Positions 30,048 to 40,543 are shown, counted from the stretch's first letter. The stretch: 64,000 nt of DNA from an uncultured delta proteobacterium (GCA_963699755.1 CAVOVB010000001.1:320001-384000); one strand, 5' to 3'. Notes: generated by a model from the letters alone, not told the origin. Numbers and translations: made by a program.

Positions 30048-32096
30048 ATGCGTTACGTGAGTGGGTGTGTTTATGTGCTTGCACTAGGCGTCGTGACCAT
30101 CATCGGCTGCACGACTGATAGCCCGCTGGCCCCTCCACCAGAGTGTACGGGCTTCGAGGCCCGGCGTGAGGCTTTCTTCGATGCAACCATCGAGGCCGAC
30201 ACGCAGAACACGTACTCCGAGATCATGCGCCTTGCGAAGGGAGTCGCACCGGACGAGTCCAAGATCCAGTTCGACCTCGATCGATTGGTCAGCCGCGAAG
30301 ACACCTCGGATTTCAAGCTCCCGGCCCTGCTCTGGATGATGTACGAGTACTCCGACTCGGAGCTGTTGAGCGCCGAGATTCTGGCGAACGCAAGGAGCAC
30401 GCTCCTTCAGCACAAGTTCTGGCCGGATGAGCGGCTCAACGAGCCGGACCCGGAAAAGACCGACAGCATGGTCTACGTCACGGAGAACCATTTCATCTTG
30501 TACGCCAGTAGCGGATACTTGGCGGGGCAGCTCTATCCGGACGAGGTGTTTGCCGCGAGCGGCGAAACGGGCGCCAAGAAGATGGAAACGTTCCGGCCTC
30601 GAGTCATGCGCTGGCTCGAGCTCCGCTACAAGTCCGGCTTTAGCGAATGGCTTTCGAACGTTTACTACGACGAGGACATCCCGGGCCTCGTCGCCTTGGT
30701 CGAGCTTGCTGAGGACGAGGAGATCAGCACGCTGGCGAAGATGGTGCTGGACTTGATCGCTGCGGACATGGCCCTGAACCAGTACGCGGGGGCGTTCGGG
30801 AGCACCCACGGACGAACCTACGAGCAGAAGATGGGTGGCTCTCGCGACAGCACCCGCTCGACGTTCAAGCTGCTGTTCGATCTCAACGAGTTCAGCCCGG
30901 GGAACATGAGCTCGTCGGCGCTCGCGCTGAGCACGAAGTACCAGCCGCCGTGCGTGGTCTACGATATCGCGCGTGATGTGGATAGAGAAGAGATGGAAAA
31001 CCGCCAGCGGATGGGCATCAAACTCGGAGAAGCCGAAAGCTGGGGCCTCGATACCGGACGATTCGAGGATGGCATGACGTTCATGACGCTCGAGGCTTAC
31101 ACGCACCCGCTCACGATTGGCCTCTGGGTCGACATGCTCAATGCCTACGGGTGGTGGGCGCACGATGACTATAGGCTGTTCGAGCCCTTCCGCACCGTGC
31201 TCGAGGACGAGGAGACACGGCTGGCGCTCGCCGAGGCCACCGAGAAGGACATCACCCGGAACATGCGTCCTGAGGTGAACATCTACACCTACCGGACCCC
31301 GAGCTACATGCTCAGCACCGCACAGGACTGGCGCAAAGGCTACGGCGGAGATCAGCAATCGATCTGGCAAGCCACCTTGGGGATGGATGCGGTGGCCTTC
31401 ACGACACATCCGGCGAAGGAGGACTGGGGTGGTGATACGCCGCGCTATTGGACTGGGTACGGAACGATGCCGCGCGCGATTCAGGTGAAGAACGTCGTCC
31501 TCTCGCTCTACGACGTCGACATCACAGCCGTGATTTACGTCCCCGATCAGCCGCTCTATAGCCATGCGTTTCTCGACAAGAGCCAGTTCGACGAAGCCTA
31601 CAAAGAGGGAGGCTGGTTCTTCGCGCGCCACGGGGATGGATACCTCGCGCTCTGGACCTCTGATCCGGACGCGGATTGGGAAACAAACGACGACCCGGAA
31701 CACCAGGATCTCGGAGACCACGAGATCATCGCGCAGGGCGGGAAGACGGTTTGGATTTGCGAGCTCGGGAGCGCCTCCGAATACGCTGACTTCGCAGCCT
31801 TCAAGGGTGCGATCCTAGCTGCTAAGCTGAACGTCGACGCCGAAGCCCTGACCGTCGACTACGAGTCCCCGTCGCAGCGGCGCCTCGTCATGGCCTGGGA
31901 TGGGCCGCTGACGCAGGACGGCATACCGGTCGAAGTGAGCGACTATCCCCGCTACGCAAACCCATACAGCGCGTCTCCTTTCCGCGATGACGTCATCTCG
32001 TTCGAGTACAAGCACCCGTCGGGCGAGTACCAGAGCACGACCTTGGTCCTCGACTTTGCGAATCGGACGCGTGAAGTCAGCCACTTCCTAGACTAG
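30048..32096 (+). CDS. Uncharacterised lipoprotein, possibly heparinase II/III-like
   Basis: Lipobox IIGC; TENH and GFSEWLSNVYY motifs; helical N-half and beta-rich C-half; co-oriented with the GH88/105 gene. Confidence 0.65.
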   Translation: MRYVSGCVYVLALGVVTIIGCTTDSPLAPPPECTGFEARREAFFDATIEADTQNTYSEIMRLAKGVAPDESKIQFDLDRLVSREDTSDFKLPALLWMMYEYSDSELLSAEILANARSTLLQHKFWPDERLNEPDPEKTDSMVYVTENHFILYASSGYLAGQLYPDEVFAASGETGAKKMETFRPRVMRWLELRYKSGFSEWLSNVYYDEDIPGLVALVELAEDEEISTLAKMVLDLIAADMALNQYAGAFGSTHGRTYEQKMGGSRDSTRSTFKLLFDLNEFSPGNMSSSALALSTKYQPPCVVYDIARDVDREEMENRQRMGIKLGEAESWGLDTGRFEDGMTFMTLEAYTHPLTIGLWVDMLNAYGWWAHDDYRLFEPFRTVLEDEETRLALAEATEKDITRNMRPEVNIYTYRTPSYMLSTAQDWRKGYGGDQQSIWQATLGMDAVAFTTHPAKEDWGGDTPRYWTGYGTMPRAIQVKNVVLSLYDVDITAVIYVPDQPLYSHAFLDKSQFDEAYKEGGWFFARHGDGYLALWTSDPDADWETNDDPEHQDLGDHEIIAQGGKTVWICELGSASEYADFAAFKGAILAAKLNVDAEALTVDYESPSQRRLVMAWDGPLTQDGIPVEVSDYPRYANPYSASPFRDDVISFEYKHPSGEYQSTTLVLDFANRTREVSHFLD

Positions 32097-32104
32097 GAGG
32101 AACC

Positions 32105-33286
32105 GTGAAGCGACTTCTCATCTTGAATTATTGCGCAGTCGCAATTGGACTGCTCATGGCCGCCTCGAGCTGCACGAACACCGCGACCTGCAGCGGCTAC
32201 TACGACTGCTGCGACGCAACGGTTCCCGCGGCTGAGTGCTATGCCAGGCGGCGCGATCCGGAATCCGAGCAAGTGGACCTTGCCAAGAAGATCGCGCTTC
32301 GGTACATCGACGGTCACCCCATCGAGCAAGAGTTCTGGGGCTGGAAATCGGGCGTCTTGATGTACGCGCTGACCGAGCTCTATCGGGTGACCGGCGACCC
32401 GGGTCTTCACGCCTATTACCAATCGTGGTTGGACTATGGGATCGAGCAGGGCTACCAGATCTACTGGAGCGATAGCTGCCCGCCGGCCATCACCGCGATC
32501 GCGTTGCTCGCTGAGAACTCGACGGCCGCCTATCAGCAGGTCGTCGACGACACACTCGAGTATCTCGATACTGTCGCGCCGCGGACCGCAGAGGGAGGGA
32601 TCAGCCACAACGGCATCGTCGGGGGGACGTCTGTCTGGATCGACAGCCTCTTCATGTTTGGGATGGTATTGAATCGTTGGGGCGAGCTCGACGATCCCGC
32701 TCGCCTCGACCTGATGTCTGATCAGATTCAGATCTTCTCGGACATATTGCAGGACGACGGCGGTTTCATGCGGCACGCGCAGGACTGGCCCCCCTATGAT
32801 GAGAGTGTCTACTGGGCGCGCGGCAATGGTTGGGTCGCGGCATCCCTTGCGGACTACCTGCGCATCCGGGTCGAGCGAAACCAAACCGACCCCGACGTGG
32901 AGCAGGTGTTCCGCGATCAGATCGAAGCGATCATTGGAGCGCAACAGCAACCGAGCGGCCTGTGGCTGACCGTGATGAGCCACCCCGAGGAGCCCGACAA
33001 TTATCTCGAAACCAGTGCGAGCGCGTTGTTCGCATACGGCATTGCGCGCGCCTACCGCTATGGGATCCTCGGGGATCAGGAACGGAAGGTTGCGCAAAAG
33101 GCCGTCGAAGGCCTCAAGCAGAGGATCAGCGACGATGGCGATGGACCCGTCGTCACCGGGGTTTCGCTCGCCACCGACCCCTGGTCGCTCCAGGAGTACC
33201 TTGACGTGGCCACCAAGGAGGACGTGAATTACGGGGTCGGGGCGGTGATCCTCGCCCTGCTGGAGACTTCGGGCCTACCCGAGTGA
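32105..33286 (+). CDS. Glycoside hydrolase family 88/105 (unsaturated glycuronyl hydrolase-like) lipoprotein
   Basis: WGWKSG, PRTAEGGISH, VWIDSLFM, YWARGNGW, YLETSASALFAYG, YGVGA. Confidence 0.88.
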   Translation: MKRLLILNYCAVAIGLLMAASSCTNTATCSGYYDCCDATVPAAECYARRRDPESEQVDLAKKIALRYIDGHPIEQEFWGWKSGVLMYALTELYRVTGDPGLHAYYQSWLDYGIEQGYQIYWSDSCPPAITAIALLAENSTAAYQQVVDDTLEYLDTVAPRTAEGGISHNGIVGGTSVWIDSLFMFGMVLNRWGELDDPARLDLMSDQIQIFSDILQDDGGFMRHAQDWPPYDESVYWARGNGWVAASLADYLRIRVERNQTDPDVEQVFRDQIEAIIGAQQQPSGLWLTVMSHPEEPDNYLETSASALFAYGIARAYRYGILGDQERKVAQKAVEGLKQRISDDGDGPVVTGVSLATDPWSLQEYLDVATKEDVNYGVGAVILALLETSGLPE

Positions 33287-33664
33287 GCACCTAGTCTCCC
33301 AAGGGCCGAGGCCCCATTCCCAAGCCCTCCCGCCTCTTGCGCGACAGCAGTCAGGCCCCGGCCGATTCACCTGGCGCACCAAAGCGCTAAGCGCCCTACC
33401 TTTCGCGATCCGCGTTCGACAGCGGTCATTCTCGCGAATCGTTTCCCCAAGTCGCGGGTGAGGAGGATTAGTGCAAAGTCGATGCTTCGGCGCAGGGCCA
33501 ACTGAGAGGCGGAATCGATTCCGCATCGACTGGTGGGATTCACCAACCATCAGGAGACAGCCTCTTAGGAAGGGGACGGGTCCTGGAAACCGCCCCCCGA
33601 TTCGAACCACCGAAAACCAAATCAAATCATGCGCTTCGGATCTAGGAATGCAGCCTATTGACAG

Positions 33665-33688
33665 AGTCTAATTTTAGACTAAGTCTAA
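33665..33688. promoter_or_regulatory. Fur-family operator (Irr/PerR-like): perfect 7-1-7 TTAGACT-A-AGTCTAA plus a third half-site
   Basis: AGTCTAA(33665-71)-TT-TTAGACT(33674-80)-A-AGTCTAA(33682-88), between TTGACA (33658-63) and ATG 33692. Confidence 0.8.
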
Positions 33689-33691
33689 TAC

Positions 33692-34093
33692 ATGGAGTCA
33701 GACGACGCGCAGCGGCTCGAGAGGAGCGGCATCAGGCCCTCGGCGCAACGGTTGGCGATTGCGCGCTACGTGCTTCACGCAGATACGCACCCCTGCGCGG
33801 ACGAGGTCTGGAGCCGGGTGCGGCAGTCGTTCCCCATGGTCTCCCGGGCAACCGTCTACAACACCCTGAACCTGTTTGTGGCAAAGGGACTTTTGCGTGA
33901 GCTCGTTCTGACCGAAGGGCGCCTCGTATTCGATCCAAACACCGACAAGCACCACCACTTCATCGATGAAAGCAGTGGGAGGATTTACGACCTTCCCTGG
34001 GAGCTCGTGAAGGTGTCGCGGGTCGAGCAAATCGAGGGCTTCGACATCAAAGATTACCAGGTGCTGCTTCGCGGCACCAAGGAGGACAGATGA
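33692..34093 (+). CDS. Fur-family transcriptional regulator (Irr-like)
   Basis: HPCADEV, VSRATVYNTL, FDPNTDKHHHF; no CXXC. Confidence 0.9.
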   Translation: MESDDAQRLERSGIRPSAQRLAIARYVLHADTHPCADEVWSRVRQSFPMVSRATVYNTLNLFVAKGLLRELVLTEGRLVFDPNTDKHHHFIDESSGRIYDLPWELVKVSRVEQIEGFDIKDYQVLLRGTKEDR

Positions 34094-34629
34094 AAACCGT
34101 AGGTGACTTATTTCCCGACTTCGAGCTTCAGGCTTCCGTCAGCACCGCGCCCGGAAAGGAGTTCGAGGAGGTCACAAACCAATCTCATGCCGGCCGGTGG
34201 CGCGTCATCTTCTTTTGGCCGATGGACTTCACGTTCGTCTGCCCCACGGAGATTGCCGAGTTCGGGCGCAAGAATGCTGCGTTCGCGGAGCGCAACGCCC
34301 AGGTTCTAGGCGCCAGTACCGACACGCACTACGTCCACTTGGCGTGGCGCAACGATCATCCCGACCTGAAAGACCTGCCCTTCCCGATGCTCGCCGACAC
34401 GAAGCGGGAGCTGTCGACCGAGCTCGGCATCCTGCACAAAGAGGCTGGTGTCTGCCTTAGGGCGACTTATATCGTCGACCCCGAGGGCGTCATCCGATTC
34501 GTCAGCGTCAATGACCTTTCGGTAGGCCGCAACGTCGACGAGGTGCTCCGGGTGCTCGACGCGCTCCAGACCGGGGAGCTGACCGCTTGCGGTTGGAACC
34601 GCGGTGAGCCTACCCTCGATGCAGCCTGA
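34090..34629 (+). CDS. ahpC: Peroxiredoxin AhpC
   Basis: WPMDFTFVCPTEI, VGRNVDEVLRVLDALQ, ELTACGW. Confidence 0.95.
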   Translation: MKTVGDLFPDFELQASVSTAPGKEFEEVTNQSHAGRWRVIFFWPMDFTFVCPTEIAEFGRKNAAFAERNAQVLGASTDTHYVHLAWRNDHPDLKDLPFPMLADTKRELSTELGILHKEAGVCLRATYIVDPEGVIRFVSVNDLSVGRNVDEVLRVLDALQTGELTACGWNRGEPTLDAA

Positions 34630-34658
34630 CCATCCGACAACCCACAAAGGAATACACG

Positions 34659-35129
34659 ATGGACCTCAACACCGGAATCGCACCCGCAGAGCGTGAAGAG
34701 CTGGCCGGCGAGCTTTCGAAGCTTCTCGCCGACAGCTATACGCTCTACCTCAAGACCCACAACTTCCATTGGAACGTCACCGGACCGATGTTCCAGACGC
34801 TCCACCTCATGTTCGAGCAGCAGTACACCGAGCTCGCGATGGCGGTCGACCTGCTTGCCGAGCGGATTCGCGCGCTCGGCGTGCATGCTCCGGGAAGTTA
34901 TGCCGCGTTTGGTCGTCTATCGAGCGTCGCGGACACGGACGGCGTGCCCAAGGCGCTCGATATGGTGAAGCTGCTCGTCGAGGCGCACGAGACCGTGATT
35001 CGAACCGCCCGCGGGGCGGTGCGCGCGGCCGAGAAGGCGGGTGACCAAGCGACCGCGGACCTCGGTACCCAACGCCTTCAGCTCCACGAGAAGACGGCCT
35101 GGATGCTCCGAAGCCTGCTCGAGGACTAA
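34659..35129 (+). CDS. dps: Dps DNA-protecting mini-ferritin
   Basis: LYLKTHNFHWNVTGPMFQTLHLMFE, DLLAERIRALG, HEKTAWML. Confidence 0.95.
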   Translation: MDLNTGIAPAEREELAGELSKLLADSYTLYLKTHNFHWNVTGPMFQTLHLMFEQQYTELAMAVDLLAERIRALGVHAPGSYAAFGRLSSVADTDGVPKALDMVKLLVEAHETVIRTARGAVRAAEKAGDQATADLGTQRLQLHEKTAWMLRSLLED

Positions 35130-35318
35130 GGCGCGAATCTTCGGTCTTCGCCCCGCGCCAGCGACGAACATTGAGGTGAAGTGGGCGTACGGCCCGATCG
35201 ATGCGGTGTTGAACATTCCTCGCATGCGGGCGTGCGAACCCGCATCGGGAGCATCCCTCCCGGCCGTTGCAACGCTGGAGCTGAAAAACGGAAATCCTAC
35301 CGCTTAGGTGGCGTGCAA

Positions 35319-35903
35319 CTATTCGATGCTAAATGTGTACTCTGCGCCCATGCGGGGCGCGGAGAACTTCGGAAAGTTGATCGCGATCAGTTTTCTATTG
35401 ACGCAGACTTGAAAGGGTTTGCTGCCAGGTTTGGTGGTGGCGCCCGTGATCTCTCCCTTGCCTGAGATCACCATTTGAATCGAGATTCGGCTCATGTGCG
35501 TCGTTTTGATCTCCCTGAGTACGCATCCCTGAAAGATGTCGTTCACGTGTCTGTTCATGACATCGGAGACTTTGGTCGAGCTCAATAGCTGTTGACCTTC
35601 GTCGTTGGTGAGATCGCCCAATTCCGCGGGCTCGAGCATGGCCTCGACGTACGAGGGCAGCTCGCCCTTTGCCCGCTTCGCTTTGGATGCCGTGAAGCCG
35701 AGAGCCGTGTCGCCGCTGCTTGCCGTGCCCGGGGGTGGTAACGCTAGAGCGTAAACCGTGGCGGTGCCTGGAACGGCTCCGTTTGGCATGCTCGCTAGCG
35801 GTTCAGGGTTGCCCGAATTCGGTGAGCTCGTCGCGCAGCCGGAAACCGCGAGCGCAATCGCTGTACAAGACATGAAGAGACGCCTAGCGAGATCGCTCAT
35901 CAT
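35319..35903 (-). CDS. Lipoprotein with an AgmX/PglI-like C-terminal domain
   Basis: Lipobox VSGC; two Cys and FPKF...Y.F tail; paralogue of 38137-38727. Confidence 0.6.
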   Translation of the reverse strand: MMSDLARRLFMSCTAIALAVSGCATSSPNSGNPEPLASMPNGAVPGTATVYALALPPPGTASSGDTALGFTASKAKRAKGELPSYVEAMLEPAELGDLTNDEGQQLLSSTKVSDVMNRHVNDIFQGCVLREIKTTHMSRISIQMVISGKGEITGATTKPGSKPFQVCVNRKLIAINFPKFSAPRMGAEYTFSIE

Positions 35904-36688
35904 CGTCGCGCCTGCTTCATTTTCTTGTCTTGCGCCCGGGCACGCTCCTTTGCGATTTTCGCACGCTCGTCCGCGTCCGGATGGGAAGCCTTGAGCGACT
36001 TCTTGCCGCTGTCGCCGCTGAGCTCTGCGAGCTTGCTGAACGCGCCTTCCATGGCGTGGTAGTCATAGCCGTGCTTGACCATGAAGTTGAACCCATACTC
36101 GTCTGAAGCTGATTCATCGCCCCGCGAAAACTTCGCGTTCAGAACGTCTTCGATGAACGCGCCAAGCTGGCTCTCCGCCAATAGCTCGCCGCCCGAGCCC
36201 GTGTTGGCCGCCACGGCATTCTTGCCTGCCGCGACCGAGTAGGCCTTCTGGTATTGCTTCTTCGCGTGCTGGAGCTTCACGTGCCCGATTTCGTGACCGA
36301 TGACACTGCGGACTTCGTCGTCCGTCATGATGATCATCAAACCAGCCATGACGCGAATGCTTCCATCGGGTGTCGCAAACGCATTGACATCCGATACGTT
36401 GTAAAGCTTGAAGTTGAGCTCGAGCCCGTCTTCTGACTCGAGTCCCTTCACGATCTTGTCGAAGCGCTGCGCCAACGGGTCGCCATGCTCGACGACCGGA
36501 TTTTGCTCATCCATCGCCGCTACGGCTTGGAGTGACAGCTTCGCCATGTCTTCGTCGGAAAGCGTGGCAGCTCTTACAGCATGTTGTGCCGCGGTAACGT
36601 TGTGCTGTTTGAGCAACTTTCGTCCAAAATCCGCCTGTGCCCCTGCGGCGAACGAAAGTATGCAAACTGCGATCAGTAGCTTCTTCAT
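35900..36688 (-). CDS. M48 family metalloprotease (LoiP/YggG-like)
   Basis: VNAFATPDGSIRV, GHEIGH, FSRGDESASDEYG, SHP. Confidence 0.92.
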   Translation of the reverse strand: MKKLLIAVCILSFAAGAQADFGRKLLKQHNVTAAQHAVRAATLSDEDMAKLSLQAVAAMDEQNPVVEHGDPLAQRFDKIVKGLESEDGLELNFKLYNVSDVNAFATPDGSIRVMAGLMIIMTDDEVRSVIGHEIGHVKLQHAKKQYQKAYSVAAGKNAVAANTGSGGELLAESQLGAFIEDVLNAKFSRGDESASDEYGFNFMVKHGYDYHAMEGAFSKLAELSGDSGKKSLKASHPDADERAKIAKERARAQDKKMKQARR

Positions 36689-36810
36689 GGACGCGAACCC
36701 CCGGCGCTCAAGTTAGCAAGACGCGCGACCTCTTGGCATGGCTGCGCAGCTCTTCAGTATTGGTCCACGAAATGCCCGGTTTCAGACCCTTCGCTGGGGG
36801 CTTGTGAGGG

Positions 36811-37299
36811 TCATCCACCGGCTGTGCGGCCGCGGACAGCGAGCACCTTGGCACTAAGCACAAAGGTTTTTCGGGGCCTGCCCAGCAAGTCGAAGCAGGC
36901 CTCGCGGATCGCGGCTCGGCGCGGCGGGTCCTGCGCCTGCAGACACTCCGAGGCAGGGCCTATCCCAAGCGAAAAGGGCAACCACAGTTCATCAAACTCC
37001 GAGTAGGAGGCTTCGATCAGAAGCTCATCCGTTTCCACGTCGCGCAGGTTTGCTCGCTCGCAAAGCTCGACGAGCTCGTTCGATCTTCGGAAAGGCATGC
37101 GGGCGTCGTCGGGAGCGCATGGATCGAAGCGAAGCACTGCATCCCAGAATGTGCGGGTCATTGCGAACCCGTTTGCCTCGAACGTGCAAAATGACACCGA
37201 GCTGACGATGCCAGCGAAATCTGCGAAACGAGGCGCGAGCGCACGGGAGTACCTTCCGATGAACTGATCGTAGCCGTCCGCCGCCACCTCGAAACCCAT
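36811..37299 (-). pseudogene. Class I SAM methyltransferase with the SAM-binding core deleted
   Basis: MGFEVAADGYDQFIGRYSRALAPRFADFAGI joins directly to the C-terminal part (FWDA, FDELWLPF.LGIGP, AVRG); no LDxGCG motif. Confidence 0.65.
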
Positions 37300-37491
37300 T
37301 GCCTCTCTTGAGCACCGGCCGTCGCGGACGCCAAGGCGCGCCGGTTCGAGAGGAGGCGGTGGACCCGGGACCGTCCCGCATGACTTCGAACGCGCCTGGC
37401 AAGGGCTGCCCACGGTTTGACCGAGGATTGTTCGAGACCGAAGGCCGCCGTGCGGCTGGCGCTCTCGTCCGATCGGCTCTAAGCGAATCCC

Positions 37492-38085
37492 ATGAGCTTG
37501 CGCCGAACAGCCATCCTTGGCACCGTTGCGACCTGCCTTCATCTGGCCTTGTCGCCGAGCGCGACCTCCCAGGAGCTCGACACGAGCTCCTGGGCCGATT
37601 CCTCAGCGCTTGCGCGCTTGGAGGGCGCCTATCGATACGCGGGCACCCCCGCCGAAGACCATGCCAAGATCGATGCGTCCGTTCAGGCGGCCGTGAGCAG
37701 CCTCGGGTGGCTCGGCCGAAAGGTCGCCTCCAGCAGGCTCGCGAATCACAAAGAGCTCCCAGAGCGAATCCTCATTGCGCGCAGGGGAGATGACGTTTCG
37801 ATCACCATGGGCAAGTACGACGCCGTTGCGGCTCTCGACGGTTCGCCGAAAGAGCTGGTCGCTCCCAACGGGCGCGATGCGAAGCTCTCGTATCGGGTGA
37901 CTAGGGACGAGATTCTTCAATTTTTCGTGTTCGAGCATGCGAAGCGACAATCGACCTATCGCCTCGATGGCGAGGGCAGGTTGGTGATGTCGGTCTTCAT
38001 GACGAGTGAGAAGCTCGCATCCCCGATCGCCTACGAGCTCGTCTATGAGACGGACGATCAGGCCGAACGCGGCACTCGCTCGTAG
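37492..38085 (+). CDS. Hypothetical secreted protein
   Basis: Signal peptide, 197 aa, beta-rich C-terminus. Confidence 0.65.
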   Translation: MSLRRTAILGTVATCLHLALSPSATSQELDTSSWADSSALARLEGAYRYAGTPAEDHAKIDASVQAAVSSLGWLGRKVASSRLANHKELPERILIARRGDDVSITMGKYDAVAALDGSPKELVAPNGRDAKLSYRVTRDEILQFFVFEHAKRQSTYRLDGEGRLVMSVFMTSEKLASPIAYELVYETDDQAERGTRS

Positions 38086-38136
38086 GCGCATGTGACACGC
38101 GTGAATCGGGGTGAGCGTCTTTGAAGCGCGACGGAC

Positions 38137-38727
38137 TCAGTCGGTGTGAAACCGATAGCGGGCACCCATTCGTGTGGACGCAAAGGGCGGAAAGCGCAGG
38201 TCTTCGAGATAGCCCTCCAGGCAGTTTTTGAAGCGGCGACGGCCAGGCTCGATCGTCGTGCCTACGACCATTCCGTCTTTTCCGCGGATGGCGAGATCGA
38301 TCGTGACAGTCCCGAGCGCGTTCCCGCGCTGGAGCTCTCTTGCGATGCACTCGTCGTACATTTCGTCGAGATGCTCGTCCATGAACCGGGCGATCTCCTC
38401 CCCAGTCAGCTGCCCTTCGCCACCTCCGGCGGTGGCATCGCCGAGCTCGACCGGGAGTGCCATGGCTTCCTCGTAGGACATCATCTTGATGTCGCGACGC
38501 GGGGGCTTCTTGTCTGCCGACTCCTCTTCGTCGACCTCTACCTCGGGAGCCCAGATCTCCAGGTCGACCTCCTCGTCGGAGGCCACCTCTATGACAGGCG
38601 GCTCGCCACTGAGGTCTGCCCCGCCGCTTCTGACCGCGGTGGTTCCCTGAGACTGCTTCGCGCCGCAAGCGGCGCCAATCAAAGTCAGCCCGACCAAGCC
38701 GATCGCCCGCATCGAAACCCATCCCAT
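38137..38727 (-). CDS. Lipoprotein with an AgmX/PglI-like C-terminal domain
   Basis: Lipobox GAAC; C...C, FPPF..RMGARYRF; paralogue of 35319-35903. Confidence 0.65.
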   Translation of the reverse strand: MGWVSMRAIGLVGLTLIGAACGAKQSQGTTAVRSGGADLSGEPPVIEVASDEEVDLEIWAPEVEVDEEESADKKPPRRDIKMMSYEEAMALPVELGDATAGGGEGQLTGEEIARFMDEHLDEMYDECIARELQRGNALGTVTIDLAIRGKDGMVVGTTIEPGRRRFKNCLEGYLEDLRFPPFASTRMGARYRFHTD

Positions 38728-38811
38728 CGACCAAACAGTCTAGCCTCTAGCCAAGGCTTGCTGCACGCGCGATTGCTTGTCTCGTCGAGCCTTGGAAAAT
38801 TCAAAAGATCG

Positions 38812-39330
38812 TCAACTCAGCGTGGGCCGGAGCAGGACCACTCGGTACATCCCTCCGAAAATGCTCGGCTCGTCGTGCACGATTTCGCACGGCAATCCGG
38901 AGATGATATCCCCAAGCCGTCGGTTGATGTCGGTGCCGAGCAAGGTCGAGAATGCGTTCGCGATCCTACGGCCCCGGGCGGCTCTGCTATCGTCGGCCGA
39001 GAACTTGTCGAACACGACGATTCGGCCCCTGGGGCGCAGCACCCGAATCGCCTCCTCCATGCACCGGGAAGGGTCGGGAACGACGCTCAAAACGAGATTG
39101 AGAATGACCGCATCGAACGCGTCATCCTGGAGCGGGAGCGCTTGCGCATCGCCGATCAGGAGGTCGCTGCCAGTACCGATGCCGACCAGGCACAGTCGTT
39201 CGCCTGCTCTGAGACCAAGCAACTCCATGGCTCGCTTTCGGCCCTGGACAAAGAACCGTTCGAGCACCAGGTCATAGATCGGCGCCCAAAGCGTGTACGC
39301 GAGCCGATTCCACTGATAGTTCATTTCCAT
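38812..39330 (-). pseudogene. PmtA-like class I SAM methyltransferase with an apparent in-frame internal deletion
   Basis: WAPIYD, LVGIGTGSDLL joined directly to IGDAQALP; the second strand (GIDLS..ML..A) is missing; LSVVPDP and RVLRPRG retained. Confidence 0.6.
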
Positions 39331-39445
39331 AGGCGAGACACGGCGCAAAGCACCCAGCCGAAAAGCGATAGCAGAAAAAGGCGTCGCCTTCGCGCTGCGC
39401 AGCGGTCAGCAGAATCCGGCCGCTCTCTCGGCTCTAGGCTCTGCG

Positions 39446-40408
39446 CTAGGCCTGGCCCTCGAGTCGGGCGAGCACCTCATCGGTGAGCCGTGGAATGACG
39501 TCGAGCGCACCCATGTTTTCCCGCACCTGCTCGACCCGGCTTGCACCGGTGATGACCGTCGAGACTCGGGGGTTCGTTGCGCACCAGGCGATCGCGAGCT
39601 GCGCCGCTGTGCACCCGAGATCTTCGGCGACCTCGAGCACACGGCGGATCTTGCCTTCGTTCGCTGGAGTCAGGATGTACTCTCGTAGCCACTCGTAACC
39701 CGGCAAGGCGGCGCGGCTCTCATCGGGAACCCCGTTGAGGTATTTTCCGGTGAGGGCGCCAGATGCGAGTGGGCTCCAGATCGTCGTTCCCATCCCGTGC
39801 TTCTCGTAGAGCGGCGCGTATTCCTTTTCGACCCGATCACGCCAGAGAAGGTTGTACTGAGGTTGCTCCATCACCGGCTTTCGCAGGCCGTAGCGCTCCG
39901 CAATCTCGTAGGCTTCCTCGATCGCTTCGGCGGGCCACTCCGACGTCCCCCAGTAGTGCGCCTTTCCCGACGCGATGATGTCGCTCATCGCCCAAACGGT
40001 TTCCTCGACCGGCGTTTCCGGGTCGGGCCGGTGACAAAACAGCAGATCGACGAAATCCAAGCCCAGGCGTCTGAGTGAGCCATCCATCGCGTACATCAAA
40101 TACTTGCGATTGAGCGTGTTCTTGGTGTTCGGACCTTCGCGTAAGCCCCAGTAGAGCTTGGTCGAAATCACAAATGACTCCCGCGGCCAGCCGAGCTCCT
40201 GCACGGCCTGTCCCATGATCGTTTCCGATTTGCCACCCGCGTAGACCTCCGCGTTGTCGAAGAAGTTAACACCGGCTTCCCAAGCAGCTTGCATGCAGGC
40301 TACCGCGGTGTCGTTGCCGAGCTGATGGTGGAAGGTCACCCAGGAGCCAAACGAGAGCACGCTGAGCTTGAGGCCGGTGTTTCCGAGGCGTCGGTATTCC
40401 ATTTCCAC
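39446..40408 (-). CDS. Aldo/keto reductase (Kv channel beta-subunit-like)
   Basis: [42 protein letters not shown]. Confidence 0.93.
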   Translation of the reverse strand: MEMEYRRLGNTGLKLSVLSFGSWVTFHHQLGNDTAVACMQAAWEAGVNFFDNAEVYAGGKSETIMGQAVQELGWPRESFVISTKLYWGLREGPNTKNTLNRKYLMYAMDGSLRRLGLDFVDLLFCHRPDPETPVEETVWAMSDIIASGKAHYWGTSEWPAEAIEEAYEIAERYGLRKPVMEQPQYNLLWRDRVEKEYAPLYEKHGMGTTIWSPLASGALTGKYLNGVPDESRAALPGYEWLREYILTPANEGKIRRVLEVAEDLGCTAAQLAIAWCATNPRVSTVITGASRVEQVRENMGALDVIPRLTDEVLARLEGQA

Positions 40409-40543
40409 GATGTGGCTCCTGTGAAATGCATATAGTTTTCGACGCGCGGGGCGTAAAGACCTCAGCCTCTCGCAGCGTTGGTACTTTGGGTAGCGGCTTT
40501 TCGGCGAGGTGTTGCGATAGCCTGAGCTCCACGATCGACGAAG

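Noticed and set aside
30084..31721. Long antisense or alternative-frame ORFs (also 6088-7647, 13976-15319, 38146-39486, 51385-52599)
   Set aside because: They overlap well-supported genes and have no recognisable motifs; long shadow ORFs are expected from high-GC codon bias
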